Shown: piece by piece, positions 1 through 7,577 of the stretch
Numbering within the stretch: position 1 is the stretch's first letter
How the letters are laid out: every line of letters begins with the position of its first letter
Origin: Candidatus Thorarchaeota archaeon
Lineage (GTDB): Archaea > Asgardarchaeota > Thorarchaeia > Thorarchaeales > Thorarchaeaceae
Reading direction: 5' to 3'
Length of the DNA: 32,000 bases
Assembly (NCBI GenBank): GCA_003345555.1
Contig: PRDJ01000010.1
Coordinates: 74,513 to 106,512, forward strand
Notes under the pieces: model-generated
The model's database searches: none
What the model saw: only the letters and a program-made list of their open reading frames with translations
What the model was told of the DNA's origin: nothing
Position numbers and translations under genes: made by a program

Positions 1-305
1 ATGCAGAGCCGAACTATCGATCCTCCGCCTTTTCTCTCTCTTGCCGGCTTATCGCCGCGTCTCTTTCTTCCACCGTATTCGATTCTGAGTCTCTCTACAC
101 CGATTGGCCCTTCGAGGTAAACCTTCCTGAGAACACTTGCACATCTAACATACCACCAGTCAGGGTCATCTGGAGCTCTCTCTCTTTGTACTCCTGTCTT
201 TACGAAAGGAGCCCAATCGGGGGGCTGAATATCTTTCCTAGACCTGAGGTCTTGAGCCAAACGACGAATCAGGATGTTGGCGGGTATGTCATATACGGTG
301 GGCAT
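1..305 (-). CDS. rps19e: 30S ribosomal protein S19e (partial, runs off window start; not in ORF track)
   Basis: Manual translation from ATG at 305: MPTVYDIPANILIRRLAQDLRSRKDIQPPDWAPFVKTGVQRERAPDDPDWWYVRCASVLRKVYLEGPIGVERLRIEYGGRKRRG..., a typical S19e signature. It lies downstream of rnp4-yhbY, as in the conserved archaeal operon. Confidence 0.97.
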   Translation of the reverse strand, partial: MPTVYDIPANILIRRLAQDLRSRKDIQPPDWAPFVKTGVQRERAPDDPDWWYVRCASVLRKVYLEGPIGVERLRIEYGGRKRRGDKPARERKGGGSIVRLC

Positions 306-472
306 AGGTTCTGTCACCACATCCGACTGAGAAATGGCCACCAGACCCGGACTGGGCCGGTTGCCTATCTCAGAAGGCTGGCACTCCACCCCTGAGAGCA
401 CATAAAAGCATTACCATCCGTAAGCATGACATTAACGCTCGAAAATCATCTTGGTCCAAACCGATGCGTCCA

Positions 473-769
473 CTACTGCTTCTTTCCGACAGGCATCGAG
501 CGAACTCTGAACATGACGGCCGTGTTCCCTCTGATGCCAATCAGCTTTGCTCCTGCCTTCGCACACAGGTTCTCAAACAGGGCCTGCTTGGAGTCATTTT
601 CCCCTACCGAGCTCCGAAGAAGTCGAACCTTTACGTACTTATGCTTCTTCAGGAGGCGCTTGGCTTCCTCAATCAGTCCGTCTGTCACACCTGACTTACC
701 TACCTGCATCATAGCAGGATCTTGCCAAGCAATTCCAACCCTCACAGGGTCTGGTTTGTCCGAAGTCAT
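473..769 (-). CDS. yhbY: YhbY/CRM-domain RNA-binding protein
   Basis: MQVGKSGVTDGLIEEAKRLLKKHKYVKVRLL...IRGNTAVMFR matches the CRM domain pattern (IGKxG...GxxxxxYR); conserved context between Rpp21 and S19e. Confidence 0.9.
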   Translation of the reverse strand: MTSDKPDPVRVGIAWQDPAMMQVGKSGVTDGLIEEAKRLLKKHKYVKVRLLRSSVGENDSKQALFENLCAKAGAKLIGIRGNTAVMFRVRSMPVGKKQ

Positions 770-802
770 ATCGTTCCGCCGTCCAGGATGAAGGTCCGCT
801 CA

Positions 803-1129
803 TTAAGGTTCTTGTCCGACCGGGAATCTTCTGATGGCTCCGCAGTTGAGACAGGTCACGGACACGTGAGTCGATCTGTTATGTCTCAGTCGAACTCTGG
901 AGGTCTGCCCAGGGATGAGAACCGAACCACATTCCTTGCACAGTCTTCGGCTGATATGACGTGGTATCTTTACGCGTGTTCTCCGACCCAGCGCTTTAGC
1001 AATATTCATCCAGCGGCGTGCAAGCTCAGGTCTCGTCGTTGCCACACTGAGAGCTTGACCCCATAGAATCTCGATTCTTTCATGGGCCAGCTTTCTCATC
1101 TCGGCCTTTGGTGCAGTTCTCTTGGCCAT
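803..1129 (-). CDS. rnp4: RNase P protein component 4 (Rpp21/Rpr2)
   Basis: ERIEILW...ARRW...RRLCKECGSVLIPG...RVRL...VTCLNCGAIRRFP, a four-Cys Zn ribbon. Start set at ATG 1129 (track begins at 1159). Confidence 0.93.
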   Translation of the reverse strand: MAKRTAPKAEMRKLAHERIEILWGQALSVATTRPELARRWMNIAKALGRRTRVKIPRHISRRLCKECGSVLIPGQTSRVRLRHNRSTHVSVTCLNCGAIRRFPVGQEP

Positions 1130-1203
1130 CAAGTCACGTCGAATACCCGAAGTGGGCATACTCCTTAAATCATTCGCCAGAAGGAGTTCTGAAGGCTAGC
1201 AAA

Positions 1204-1920
1204 TTGCTTCACCTAGTGTTGTTGGAGTGCCCGCTCGAACTCATCCCACCAGAGCTGACCCGGCTCAAGGAGATACAGAGGTTTGCATCACTGAAGGGCA
1301 AGAAACCTCAGGAGGTCTTACTCGATCAAAGCCACCACGGCCGATCGATGACGCGTCTTCAGGATTCTGACCGCCGTGGCAGGCCCGATATTGTCTTTCT
1401 CAGCTTGATGTCAATCCTTGAGTCTCCTCTCTGCAAGGAAGGTCTGCTTACAATTCACCTCCATTTGCGCGATAATCGGATCGTGGAGGTAAAACCGGAT
1501 GTCCGACTGCCGCGTAACTACGACCGATTCGTTGGACTTATGGAGCAGCTTCTAGGCCTTGGTTCGGTGCCACCGGAGGGGCCTGCTCTATTGAGGGTGA
1601 TCGGTCAGGGGCTGTCTGAACTCCTCTCACAACTGCCTGAAGGCAGAGGAGATGCGCTCACAGTATTAGCTGTGGAGGATGGAAGGAAGACCACGATTGA
1701 TGCTCTCGTATCGCTTTTTCCTGAGGATCCAAACGTGCCGGTCATTGTCGGAGTTGGTGCATTTCCTCATGGCGATTTCGATAAGGCCATACCGCAACTG
1801 TTCGAGAATCACGTGAGTCTTTATGGTGAAATCATGATGGCATGGCATGTTTGCTCTGAGATGCTCTGGACCTATTCGTTGAGGACCGGAATCAGCCGGA
1901 AACAGTTCTCAAGCAAATAG
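1204..1920 (+). CDS. nep1: 16S rRNA pseudouridine N1-methyltransferase Nep1/Emg1 (SPOUT)
   Basis: RGRPDIV, LESPLCKEG, RLPRNYDRFVGLMEQLL and VGAFPHGDF motifs. Probable TTG start at 1204 avoids overlap with the divergent rnp4. Confidence 0.93.
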   Translation: MLHLVLLECPLELIPPELTRLKEIQRFASLKGKKPQEVLLDQSHHGRSMTRLQDSDRRGRPDIVFLSLMSILESPLCKEGLLTIHLHLRDNRIVEVKPDVRLPRNYDRFVGLMEQLLGLGSVPPEGPALLRVIGQGLSELLSQLPEGRGDALTVLAVEDGRKTTIDALVSLFPEDPNVPVIVGVGAFPHGDFDKAIPQLFENHVSLYGEIMMAWHVCSEMLWTYSLRTGISRKQFSSK

Positions 1921-1966
1921 GACATGAAGGTTTCACTGAGGATTGCAGCAATGACCATCGAATAAC

Positions 1967-1973
1967 TTTAAAT
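1967..1973 (+). promoter_or_regulatory. TATA box of tRNA-Gly(TCC), possibly also driving topIB
   Basis: TTTAAAT about 30 nt upstream of tRNA position 1 (2002). Confidence 0.5.
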
Positions 1974-2001
1974 CACGCCGGCTGGCTTGGGCAGAAATGG
2001 A

Positions 2002-2124
2002 GCGTCTGTAGTCTAGTCACATTAGCTTGAAGACAACCCAACAGGCGGCTAATGAGAGACTAAGGGGCTATGATTGAGCCCTTCCAAGGCTCGGGCCCGG
2101 GTTCGATTCCCGGCAGACGCACCA
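2002..2124 (+). tRNA. tRNA-Gly(TCC) with 48-nt intron at position 14/15
   Basis: Acceptor GCGTCTG/CAGACGC, anticodon arm GAGCC-CTTCCAA-GGCTC, T arm CCGGG-TTCGATT-CCCGG, encoded ACCA. Removing 2016-2063 gives a 75-nt cloverleaf with D arm GTCTAGGGGCTATGAT. Confidence 0.95.
2016..2063 (+). other. BHB tRNA intron (D-arm, 14/15)
   Basis: Central helix AGTC(2010-13)/GACT(2058-61), 3-nt bulges TA|G and AA|G, inner helix TC.CATTAGC/GCTAATG.GA. The boundary can shift by 1 nt because G occurs at both ends. Confidence 0.85.
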
Positions 2125-2202
2125 CCACCATGATATCATCCACTTCGGACTAGTTCTCAGAGTCTCTCGATGCTCTGGGCTCGGTCACGATGAGGTGCTG
2201 AA

Positions 2203-4236
2203 ATGAAGTCCCTGAAACACAACGGTATTTACGTCATTCACCCCCCAGAAACCCATGGTCTCGCGATTCGTGCTCGTGGCAGAGAGCTGACCTTGAATGC
2301 GCTTCAAGAAGAGATGGCGGTAGCTTGGGTGAAGAAGCTCGGCACGCCTTACGTCGATGACCCTGTTTTCGCGAAGAACTTCCTCGCAGACTTCAGCAAG
2401 GAACTGGGTATCAAGCCTCCACTGAAGCTTGAAGAAGTCGATTTCACTCCCGTCCTGCGATTCGTCGAGAAGGATCGCCAACGAAAAAAGAACATGACGA
2501 AAGAAGAGAAGAAGGCAGACCTAGAGCGTAGGAAAGCAGAGCGAGACCGGATGAAACAGCTCTACGGCTATGCTACAGTCGATGGCGAAGCCATGGAGCT
2601 CGCGAACTACATGACAGAGCCCTCCGGCATATTTATGGGGCGAGGACAGCACCCCCTCAGAGGTCGCTGGAAGCACGGTGCTCTCGAAAAAGACATCATC
2701 CTGAACCTTGACCGGAGCGCACCGAGACCGAAGGGCGATTGGGGCGAGATTACTTGGGCGCCCGATTGTATGTGGATTGCGAGGTGGACTGACAAGCTTA
2801 CAGGCAATGGAAAGTACATCTGGCTTCACGATTCGACCCCGATAAAGCAGGAACGAGAAGAGGCGAAATTCGACAAGGCCCTCAAGATGGAAGCCAAAAG
2901 AGAAGAAATCCGTGCTCACATAATGGATGGTCTCCACTCCAATGATCCGAAGCGCAGAGAAGTCGCTGCTGCATGTTATCTGATTGACAGGCTAAGCCTG
3001 CGAGTCGGGGATGAAAAAGACCCTGACGAAGCCGACACCGTCGGTGCCACTACGCTGAGAGCAGAGCACTTGGCATTCAAGAAAGACTCTGTCCAGTTCG
3101 ACTTCTTGGGCAAAGATAGTGTTCCTTGGCACAAGGAGCTGGAGATGCCTGTGGATGTCTACACAGTTTTCAAAGAGCTTCATGATAGAGCGGTTGAAAG
3201 AGTAGATTCCTTCAAAGCCCGTGGGAGCAGCAAGACTGGCGGAGACCCAAAGAAGGCAGCTCAGGTATTTTCGCGTGTGCGTAGCACTGATGTTAACAAG
3301 TTCCTTGGCGAGATAGACCCGGACTTGACAGCCAAGGTATTCCGAACACTTCGTGCTACCGTTACGATTCGGGATGAGCTTGGCAATAGTGGCATCAGAC
3401 GCAGCGACATGGACTTCATCAAGCGGACAGCATTCAAGAGGGCAAACCTTGAGGTTGCTCGGGTAATGAACCATACGAAGCAGGCCCCGAAGGGCTGGGC
3501 TGCGACAGCGAAACGCTACGAATCAAGGATCAAGGCCGCCGAAGAACGAGTTGCCAAAGCAAAGAAGCAGCTTGACGAGAAGAAACGCCGGCTTGCTGAT
3601 GTGAAAAGAAAGCAGGCACCGGGACTTGCGAGAGCTGAGGAGCTTGTCACGAGACAGAAACAACTGGTCGAGAAATACAAAGACTCTGTCTCTCGGTGGA
3701 GAGAGCGGCGCGACAAGGCAAAGGTTGCTTGGGACAACGCTCGAGACGATAGACAACGTACAAGAGTGAGTAACCGAAAGCGAAAGAGAACCAAGAAGGA
3801 GCGACTTGAGGAAGTGGGAGACCGGGTGGACAATCTGAAGCTCAGGCTGGACAAAGCCGAAGAAGGTCTCGTGAAGGCACGTGAACGCTACGAGAAGAGC
3901 AAGGCTGCCCTAGAGAAGAAGGTGGCTGCGCTTGCTTCATCCAAGCAGAAGTCGGCGGAGCAGATTGGCCGAGTCGAGAAGATCGTGAACACCATCAAGG
4001 AGCGAGTCAAGAGGGCTGATGCTGCAAGACAGAAACTGCAGGATGACTACCATATCGCAAAGGACACACGGACATGGAACTTGGGTACGTCCCTCAAATC
4101 CTACATCCATCCTCGAGTAGTGTATGACTGGTGCAGAAAGGTGGATATGGACTGGCGGTCTGTCTATTCAAAGACGCTCCAAAGGAAGTTCACTTGGGTA
4201 GAGCAGCCTCGCTCTGCATCACCCCTGGGGCAATGA
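2203..4236 (+). CDS. DNA topoisomerase IB (eukaryote-like) with extended coiled-coil linker
   Basis: EPSGIFMGRGQHPLRGRWK, LRVGDEKD, FDFLGKDS, AKVFRT, MNH and GTSLKSYIHP (catalytic Tyr) match TopIB motifs; GAGGTG SD upstream. Confidence 0.96.
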   Translation: MKSLKHNGIYVIHPPETHGLAIRARGRELTLNALQEEMAVAWVKKLGTPYVDDPVFAKNFLADFSKELGIKPPLKLEEVDFTPVLRFVEKDRQRKKNMTKEEKKADLERRKAERDRMKQLYGYATVDGEAMELANYMTEPSGIFMGRGQHPLRGRWKHGALEKDIILNLDRSAPRPKGDWGEITWAPDCMWIARWTDKLTGNGKYIWLHDSTPIKQEREEAKFDKALKMEAKREEIRAHIMDGLHSNDPKRREVAAACYLIDRLSLRVGDEKDPDEADTVGATTLRAEHLAFKKDSVQFDFLGKDSVPWHKELEMPVDVYTVFKELHDRAVERVDSFKARGSSKTGGDPKKAAQVFSRVRSTDVNKFLGEIDPDLTAKVFRTLRATVTIRDELGNSGIRRSDMDFIKRTAFKRANLEVARVMNHTKQAPKGWAATAKRYESRIKAAEERVAKAKKQLDEKKRRLADVKRKQAPGLARAEELVTRQKQLVEKYKDSVSRWRERRDKAKVAWDNARDDRQRTRVSNRKRKRTKKERLEEVGDRVDNLKLRLDKAEEGLVKARERYEKSKAALEKKVAALASSKQKSAEQIGRVEKIVNTIKERVKRADAARQKLQDDYHIAKDTRTWNLGTSLKSYIHPRVVYDWCRKVDMDWRSVYSKTLQRKFTWVEQPRSASPLGQ

Positions 4237-4403
4237 TGGGCTGGCTCATGTCCGGAATCCGGCTGGCTTGTTGGTCTTGCTGTCTCCTGAACGAAGCCCA
4301 TACTGAGAATCTGGAAGCTTCATTACGGTCCGACTCCACGTATAACTGACAGAGTCTGTACTGTCTAGTCTTTATTATGGCTCTGGCTGTGAGAGTCTGT
4401 ATC

Positions 4404-4556
4404 ATGCTGAAAGAAGAATGCCCGTATTGCGGAGGCAGACTCATAGAGAAGCACGAGGAAACTAAGGTCGAAAATGGCAAAACAGTTGTCTTCGTGCACT
4501 TCCGCTGTGTGAAATGCGGAAAATGGACAAGGCGGGAACGGATACATCCACCTTGA
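4404..4556 (+). CDS. small Zn-ribbon protein, 50 aa (not in ORF track)
   Basis: MLKEECPYCGGRLIEKHEETKVENGKTVVFVHFRCVKCGKWTRRERIHPP has two CxxCG knuckles. CTTTATTA lies about 27-34 nt upstream; an in-frame ATG also exists at 4377. Confidence 0.7.
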   Translation: MLKEECPYCGGRLIEKHEETKVENGKTVVFVHFRCVKCGKWTRRERIHPP

Positions 4557-4611
4557 CACTGGAAGAGGTCATCTGGCTCGGCTCTCCTGAGATACGAAAT
4601 GAGAAGCGGTG

Positions 4612-5316
4612 CTACAGCTTCACCTCTAGTGACTTTCCCGTGTTTCCCGCAAAGACTGAGAGTCTCGAACCAACACGAACCATTGCAATGCCGCCAAGGT
4701 AAGGCTCGCGGTCGGTCACGACAAGCGGCCTCCCGAGAAGAAATCTCTTGAGGGACATCAGGGAGAGATCGTGAGTGATGTGGATATGCATCACCGGGTC
4801 CGTTGTCGCTATGAGCCGCGATACAGTATCTGAGCACAGTCTTGACTGAAAACTGCCAAACGACTCTATGCCATTACCGAAGAGACCACTTGCCCACTTG
4901 TTGACGAACTCAGTGACATTCCTTCCATCGGGCTGGAGATTCTCCCATATCTTCTCCTCTGAATACTCTGGCGAGAACAGTGTGTCGAGAGATTCAATCC
5001 CGAGTACTCTCCCGCCTGCATCGTTGAATCCCTTCGCGATGAAGTCGGCAGTCTCTGAACACCTGGGCACGAAGCTCGTGAAGATATGAGCCGGTCTCTT
5101 TACCCTGAGCCGGCGTCCCATCTCAAACGAGGTCTTCCTACCAAGCTCTGTAAGCCCTCCTGAGAGCATCTCTGCATAGTCGGCGAGCGTGGTGCGATGC
5201 GAGTGCCTCACTACAAGAGCAATGGGTGTCCCTGGGTCCATGGAGTTGGTCCACTTGACCAAAGCTCTCGCACTAGATAACCAATCAATCGAGTCCCAGT
5301 CCATCGATTCTGACAA
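4612..5316 (-). CDS. histidine phosphatase (phosphoglycerate mutase-like) family protein
   Basis: LVVRHS (RHG-like) motif, LTELGRKTS, SFVPRCSETA and C-terminal HITHD. Confidence 0.8.
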   Translation of the reverse strand: MSESMDWDSIDWLSSARALVKWTNSMDPGTPIALVVRHSHRTTLADYAEMLSGGLTELGRKTSFEMGRRLRVKRPAHIFTSFVPRCSETADFIAKGFNDAGGRVLGIESLDTLFSPEYSEEKIWENLQPDGRNVTEFVNKWASGLFGNGIESFGSFQSRLCSDTVSRLIATTDPVMHIHITHDLSLMSLKRFLLGRPLVVTDREPYLGGIAMVRVGSRLSVFAGNTGKSLEVKL

Positions 5317-5485
5317 GTTCGTTCACTGTCACCCTAGGAAGTCTCTCTGTTTGACTCACTAGTGTCTTTTCAGCCTTTCAGGGCTATCGAGCCAAACCAA
5401 TTCCTTTCAGACTTGAATAGAAGGATGGCGAAGACCGGCAGGTGACTCCCCGTTTGGTTCAGTCTACCGTGAAGAGAATGAGAAA

Positions 5486-5608
5486 TGGTGCGACCACCGG
5501 GACTCGAACCCGGGCCGGATCCGTGGCAGGGATCCATCATAGCCCCTTAGTCAATCGTTAGCTGCCAATTTGGCTGTCTTCATGCTAGCGATTCTAGACA
5601 ATGGTCGC
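5486..5608 (-). tRNA. tRNA-Gly(GCC) with 48-nt intron at position 14/15
   Basis: Acceptor GCGACCA/TGGTCGC, anticodon arm GATCC-CTGCCAC-GGATC, T arm CCGGG-TTCGAGT-CCCGG, ACCA. Removing 5547-5594 gives a 75-nt cloverleaf. Confidence 0.95.
5547..5594 (-). other. relaxed BHB tRNA intron (D-arm, 14/15)
   Basis: Central helix (T)GTC/GAC(T) with one U.U mismatch, bulges TA|G and AA|G, inner helix AATCG.TAGC/GCTA.CGATT; homologous to intron 2016-2063. Confidence 0.85.
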
Positions 5609-5634
5609 AGCAGTTCAGACCGCGGTCCAGTGCG

Positions 5635-5641
5635 TTAAAAA
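5635..5641 (-). promoter_or_regulatory. TATA box of tRNA-Gly(GCC)
   Basis: TTTTTAA on the minus strand at -27 to -33; the same heptamer precedes tRNA-Val(GAC). Confidence 0.5.
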
Positions 5642-5681
5642 GCTTGTCGAAGCACAACGCTCTCGGAGAAGAGGTTCGGCA

Positions 5682-6803
5682 GTGATAACCGAAGTTGATC
5701 AAGGTCCACAATCGGAAGGCCCACCCTTCGCGAAGGAGCGTGCCGAGTGGATCGAGATTGCAAAGGGCATCGGCGTCACATTTGTGATTCTTGTTCATTC
5801 CATGATTCCGGACATCAACCCGGTTACAACCCACCTCAGTAGTTTCACTATTCCCATCTTCTTCATGCTAACTGGACTGACATACGACAATGAGAAGCAC
5901 AGAAACCATCTTGGAGTGTTGGCCAAATTGCGAGCGCGTCAGCTTCTGATTCCGTACTTCTCATTGTACCTGATTATGATAGTGCTGTTCATTCCGTTGT
6001 CGTCGTATGTCGACACGTACTTGACACCGGACCAAGTCTTGTTCTGGCTCCTCTATGGGAACGGTCCCCCAAACTCCGCCAGTCATCTGTGGTTTCTTCC
6101 CGTGCTATACTTTGGACTGATGGCATTTGCCTTGGTTGACAAGATTACGTACCGTCTGTCGAGGGGCTTCAAGTGGGTCGCGCTGATAATCCTCATGCTA
6201 GCCGCAAATACGATTTGGTCAATCTTCCGCCCAGTCCTCATTCCCTGGCGATTCAGTTCAATCCTCATCGCTGCAGCATTTGTGCTCATCGGGAACGAGC
6301 TGCGCCAATCCAGGGGTCTGAAGGCTTTGGCAAGTCAGTCGGCTGCGAAGAACCTCGCTGGAATCTTGGCACTCACTGTCGCAGTTCTGACACTTTCTCA
6401 GCTCAATGGATTTACTGACATGGCCGTCGATAGCTATGGAGCGTGTGTCTGGCTGTATCTGGGTGCAGGAACAGCGGGCTGCCTTCTTGTGTTTCAGGTT
6501 TCGAGTCTGCTTCACAAATCCTCAGCACCAGGAAGGGGCCTTTTCGCTCTCGGCGGAGTATCCCAAGAGGCATACGAAGTTCATCCTGTGACCTTCTACT
6601 TGGTTCCGATAGTAGCGACGAACTTGGGGTTGTCGTTGACCTCAGACCCCACCGTTGGCAGTCTCTTGTGGCTAGTTCGGTTCTTGCTCGGTGTTATACT
6701 CTCATACGTGCTAGCTAGTCGTCTGATAAGAAAGAACAGCATTCTGTCGTTGATTTTCAGCGGAAGGTCTCGCAGTCAAGACTCTACAGTGCCGCAAAGA
6801 TGA
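5682..6803 (+). CDS. acyltransferase family 3 (OafA/YrhL-like) membrane protein
   Basis: RAEWIEIAKGIGVTFVILVH, FTIPIFFMLTG and HLWFLPVLY motifs with about 10 hydrophobic segments. Start moved to GTG 5682 (GAGGT upstream) because ATG 5601 overlaps tRNA-Gly. Confidence 0.85.
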   Translation: MITEVDQGPQSEGPPFAKERAEWIEIAKGIGVTFVILVHSMIPDINPVTTHLSSFTIPIFFMLTGLTYDNEKHRNHLGVLAKLRARQLLIPYFSLYLIMIVLFIPLSSYVDTYLTPDQVLFWLLYGNGPPNSASHLWFLPVLYFGLMAFALVDKITYRLSRGFKWVALIILMLAANTIWSIFRPVLIPWRFSSILIAAAFVLIGNELRQSRGLKALASQSAAKNLAGILALTVAVLTLSQLNGFTDMAVDSYGACVWLYLGAGTAGCLLVFQVSSLLHKSSAPGRGLFALGGVSQEAYEVHPVTFYLVPIVATNLGLSLTSDPTVGSLLWLVRFLLGVILSYVLASRLIRKNSILSLIFSGRSRSQDSTVPQR

Positions 6804-6860
6804 GCGTTCTTGAGACTAGAGTTAAGAGATGACGGATTTCCCTTCTTTCGGGCGTCAATA

Positions 6861-7577
6861 ATGGCAGAGAGCAGGAATCTCCGCAGCCTGAAACGAGAGA
6901 TAATGCGAGAAATCTATGAGAACCGAATGTTGCTGACCGCGAGACGCGATCGTCCTGAAGGTTGGAAGCTGCTATCGGGTGTGTGGAGCCCGTTCTACAT
7001 TCAGCTTCGTGTTCTCAATTCCTTCCCGGCTACACTGAAGAAGGTCGCAGAGGCCATGTCTCTCATGCTAAAGAAGGAGGCTCCTCAGGTCAACAGACTT
7101 GTGGGCGTTGCATTCGCAGGAGTTCCTATAGCAACAGCTCTCTCCATAGTATCTGGCATTCCCGCGTGCCATACTCGAAAGTTCGTAGGCGTGACGACCG
7201 ATGAGGAGCTGCAGAAGGCGCTGACCCAATACGGTCAGCATTCGTTGCTCGAGGGCGAAGTCCAAGAAGGCGACAGGCTCTGCTTGGTTGACGACTTGGT
7301 CACCCAACTCGATGCCAAGCTGATGGCCCGCACCCAGGTCATGTCTGAACTTGAGAAACGTGGAACCAAGAATGTGAAATGCGATGATGTAGCAGTCCTT
7401 ATCGACAGACAGCAAGGTGCAGGTGATCGAGCCAAGGTCTCGGGTATACAGCTGCACACACTAATCAAGTTCATGGACGAGGGTCTGCCGTTGATAAAGG
7501 ATCTAATGCCGCCTGCAGACTACACTACAATCTCCGCATATCTTGCTGACCCGAGCAAATATCAGGGACATGTGTGA
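6861..7577 (+). CDS. pyrE: orotate phosphoribosyltransferase-like type I PRTase
   Basis: LLSGVWSPFYIQLR, LVGVAFAGVPIA, LCLVDDLVT and VLIDRQQG follow the archaeal PyrE layout, but the PRPP and catalytic loops are atypical. Confidence 0.7.
   Translation: MAESRNLRSLKREIMREIYENRMLLTARRDRPEGWKLLSGVWSPFYIQLRVLNSFPATLKKVAEAMSLMLKKEAPQVNRLVGVAFAGVPIATALSIVSGIPACHTRKFVGVTTDEELQKALTQYGQHSLLEGEVQEGDRLCLVDDLVTQLDAKLMARTQVMSELEKRGTKNVKCDDVAVLIDRQQGAGDRAKVSGIQLHTLIKFMDEGLPLIKDLMPPADYTTISAYLADPSKYQGHV

Noticed and set aside
2028-2033. Intron motif TGAAGA equals tRNA-Phe anticodon-loop positions 33-38
   Set aside because: It is a 6-nt match, not presented in a 7-nt hairpin loop, and is likely coincidence.
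2027-2053. Box C/D sRNA or K-turn in the Gly introns (TGAAGA ... CTAA)
   Set aside because: The C-like box lacks the second U, and no CUGA D box lies immediately 5' of the closing stem; CTAA is inside the helix. Kept only as an unexplained conserved motif.
2020-2064. Alternative Gly intron boundary at 17a/18 (45 nt)
   Set aside because: It gives an imperfect central helix and a longer D loop. The 14/15 model gives a 4-bp AGTC/GACT helix, two 3-nt bulges, and covariation of the three disputed bases with intron sequence.
4234-4300. Hairpin/SECIS or C/D-like element after topIB (ATGATGGGCT...AGCCCAT)
   Set aside because: Only a 7-bp terminal stem, no complete box set or SECIS core, and no in-frame UGA selenoprotein nearby.
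5601-5681. ORF-track start of the acyltransferase at ATG 5601
   Set aside because: It overlaps the tRNA-Gly(GCC) 5' end and its TATA box; GTG 5682 has an SD-like motif.
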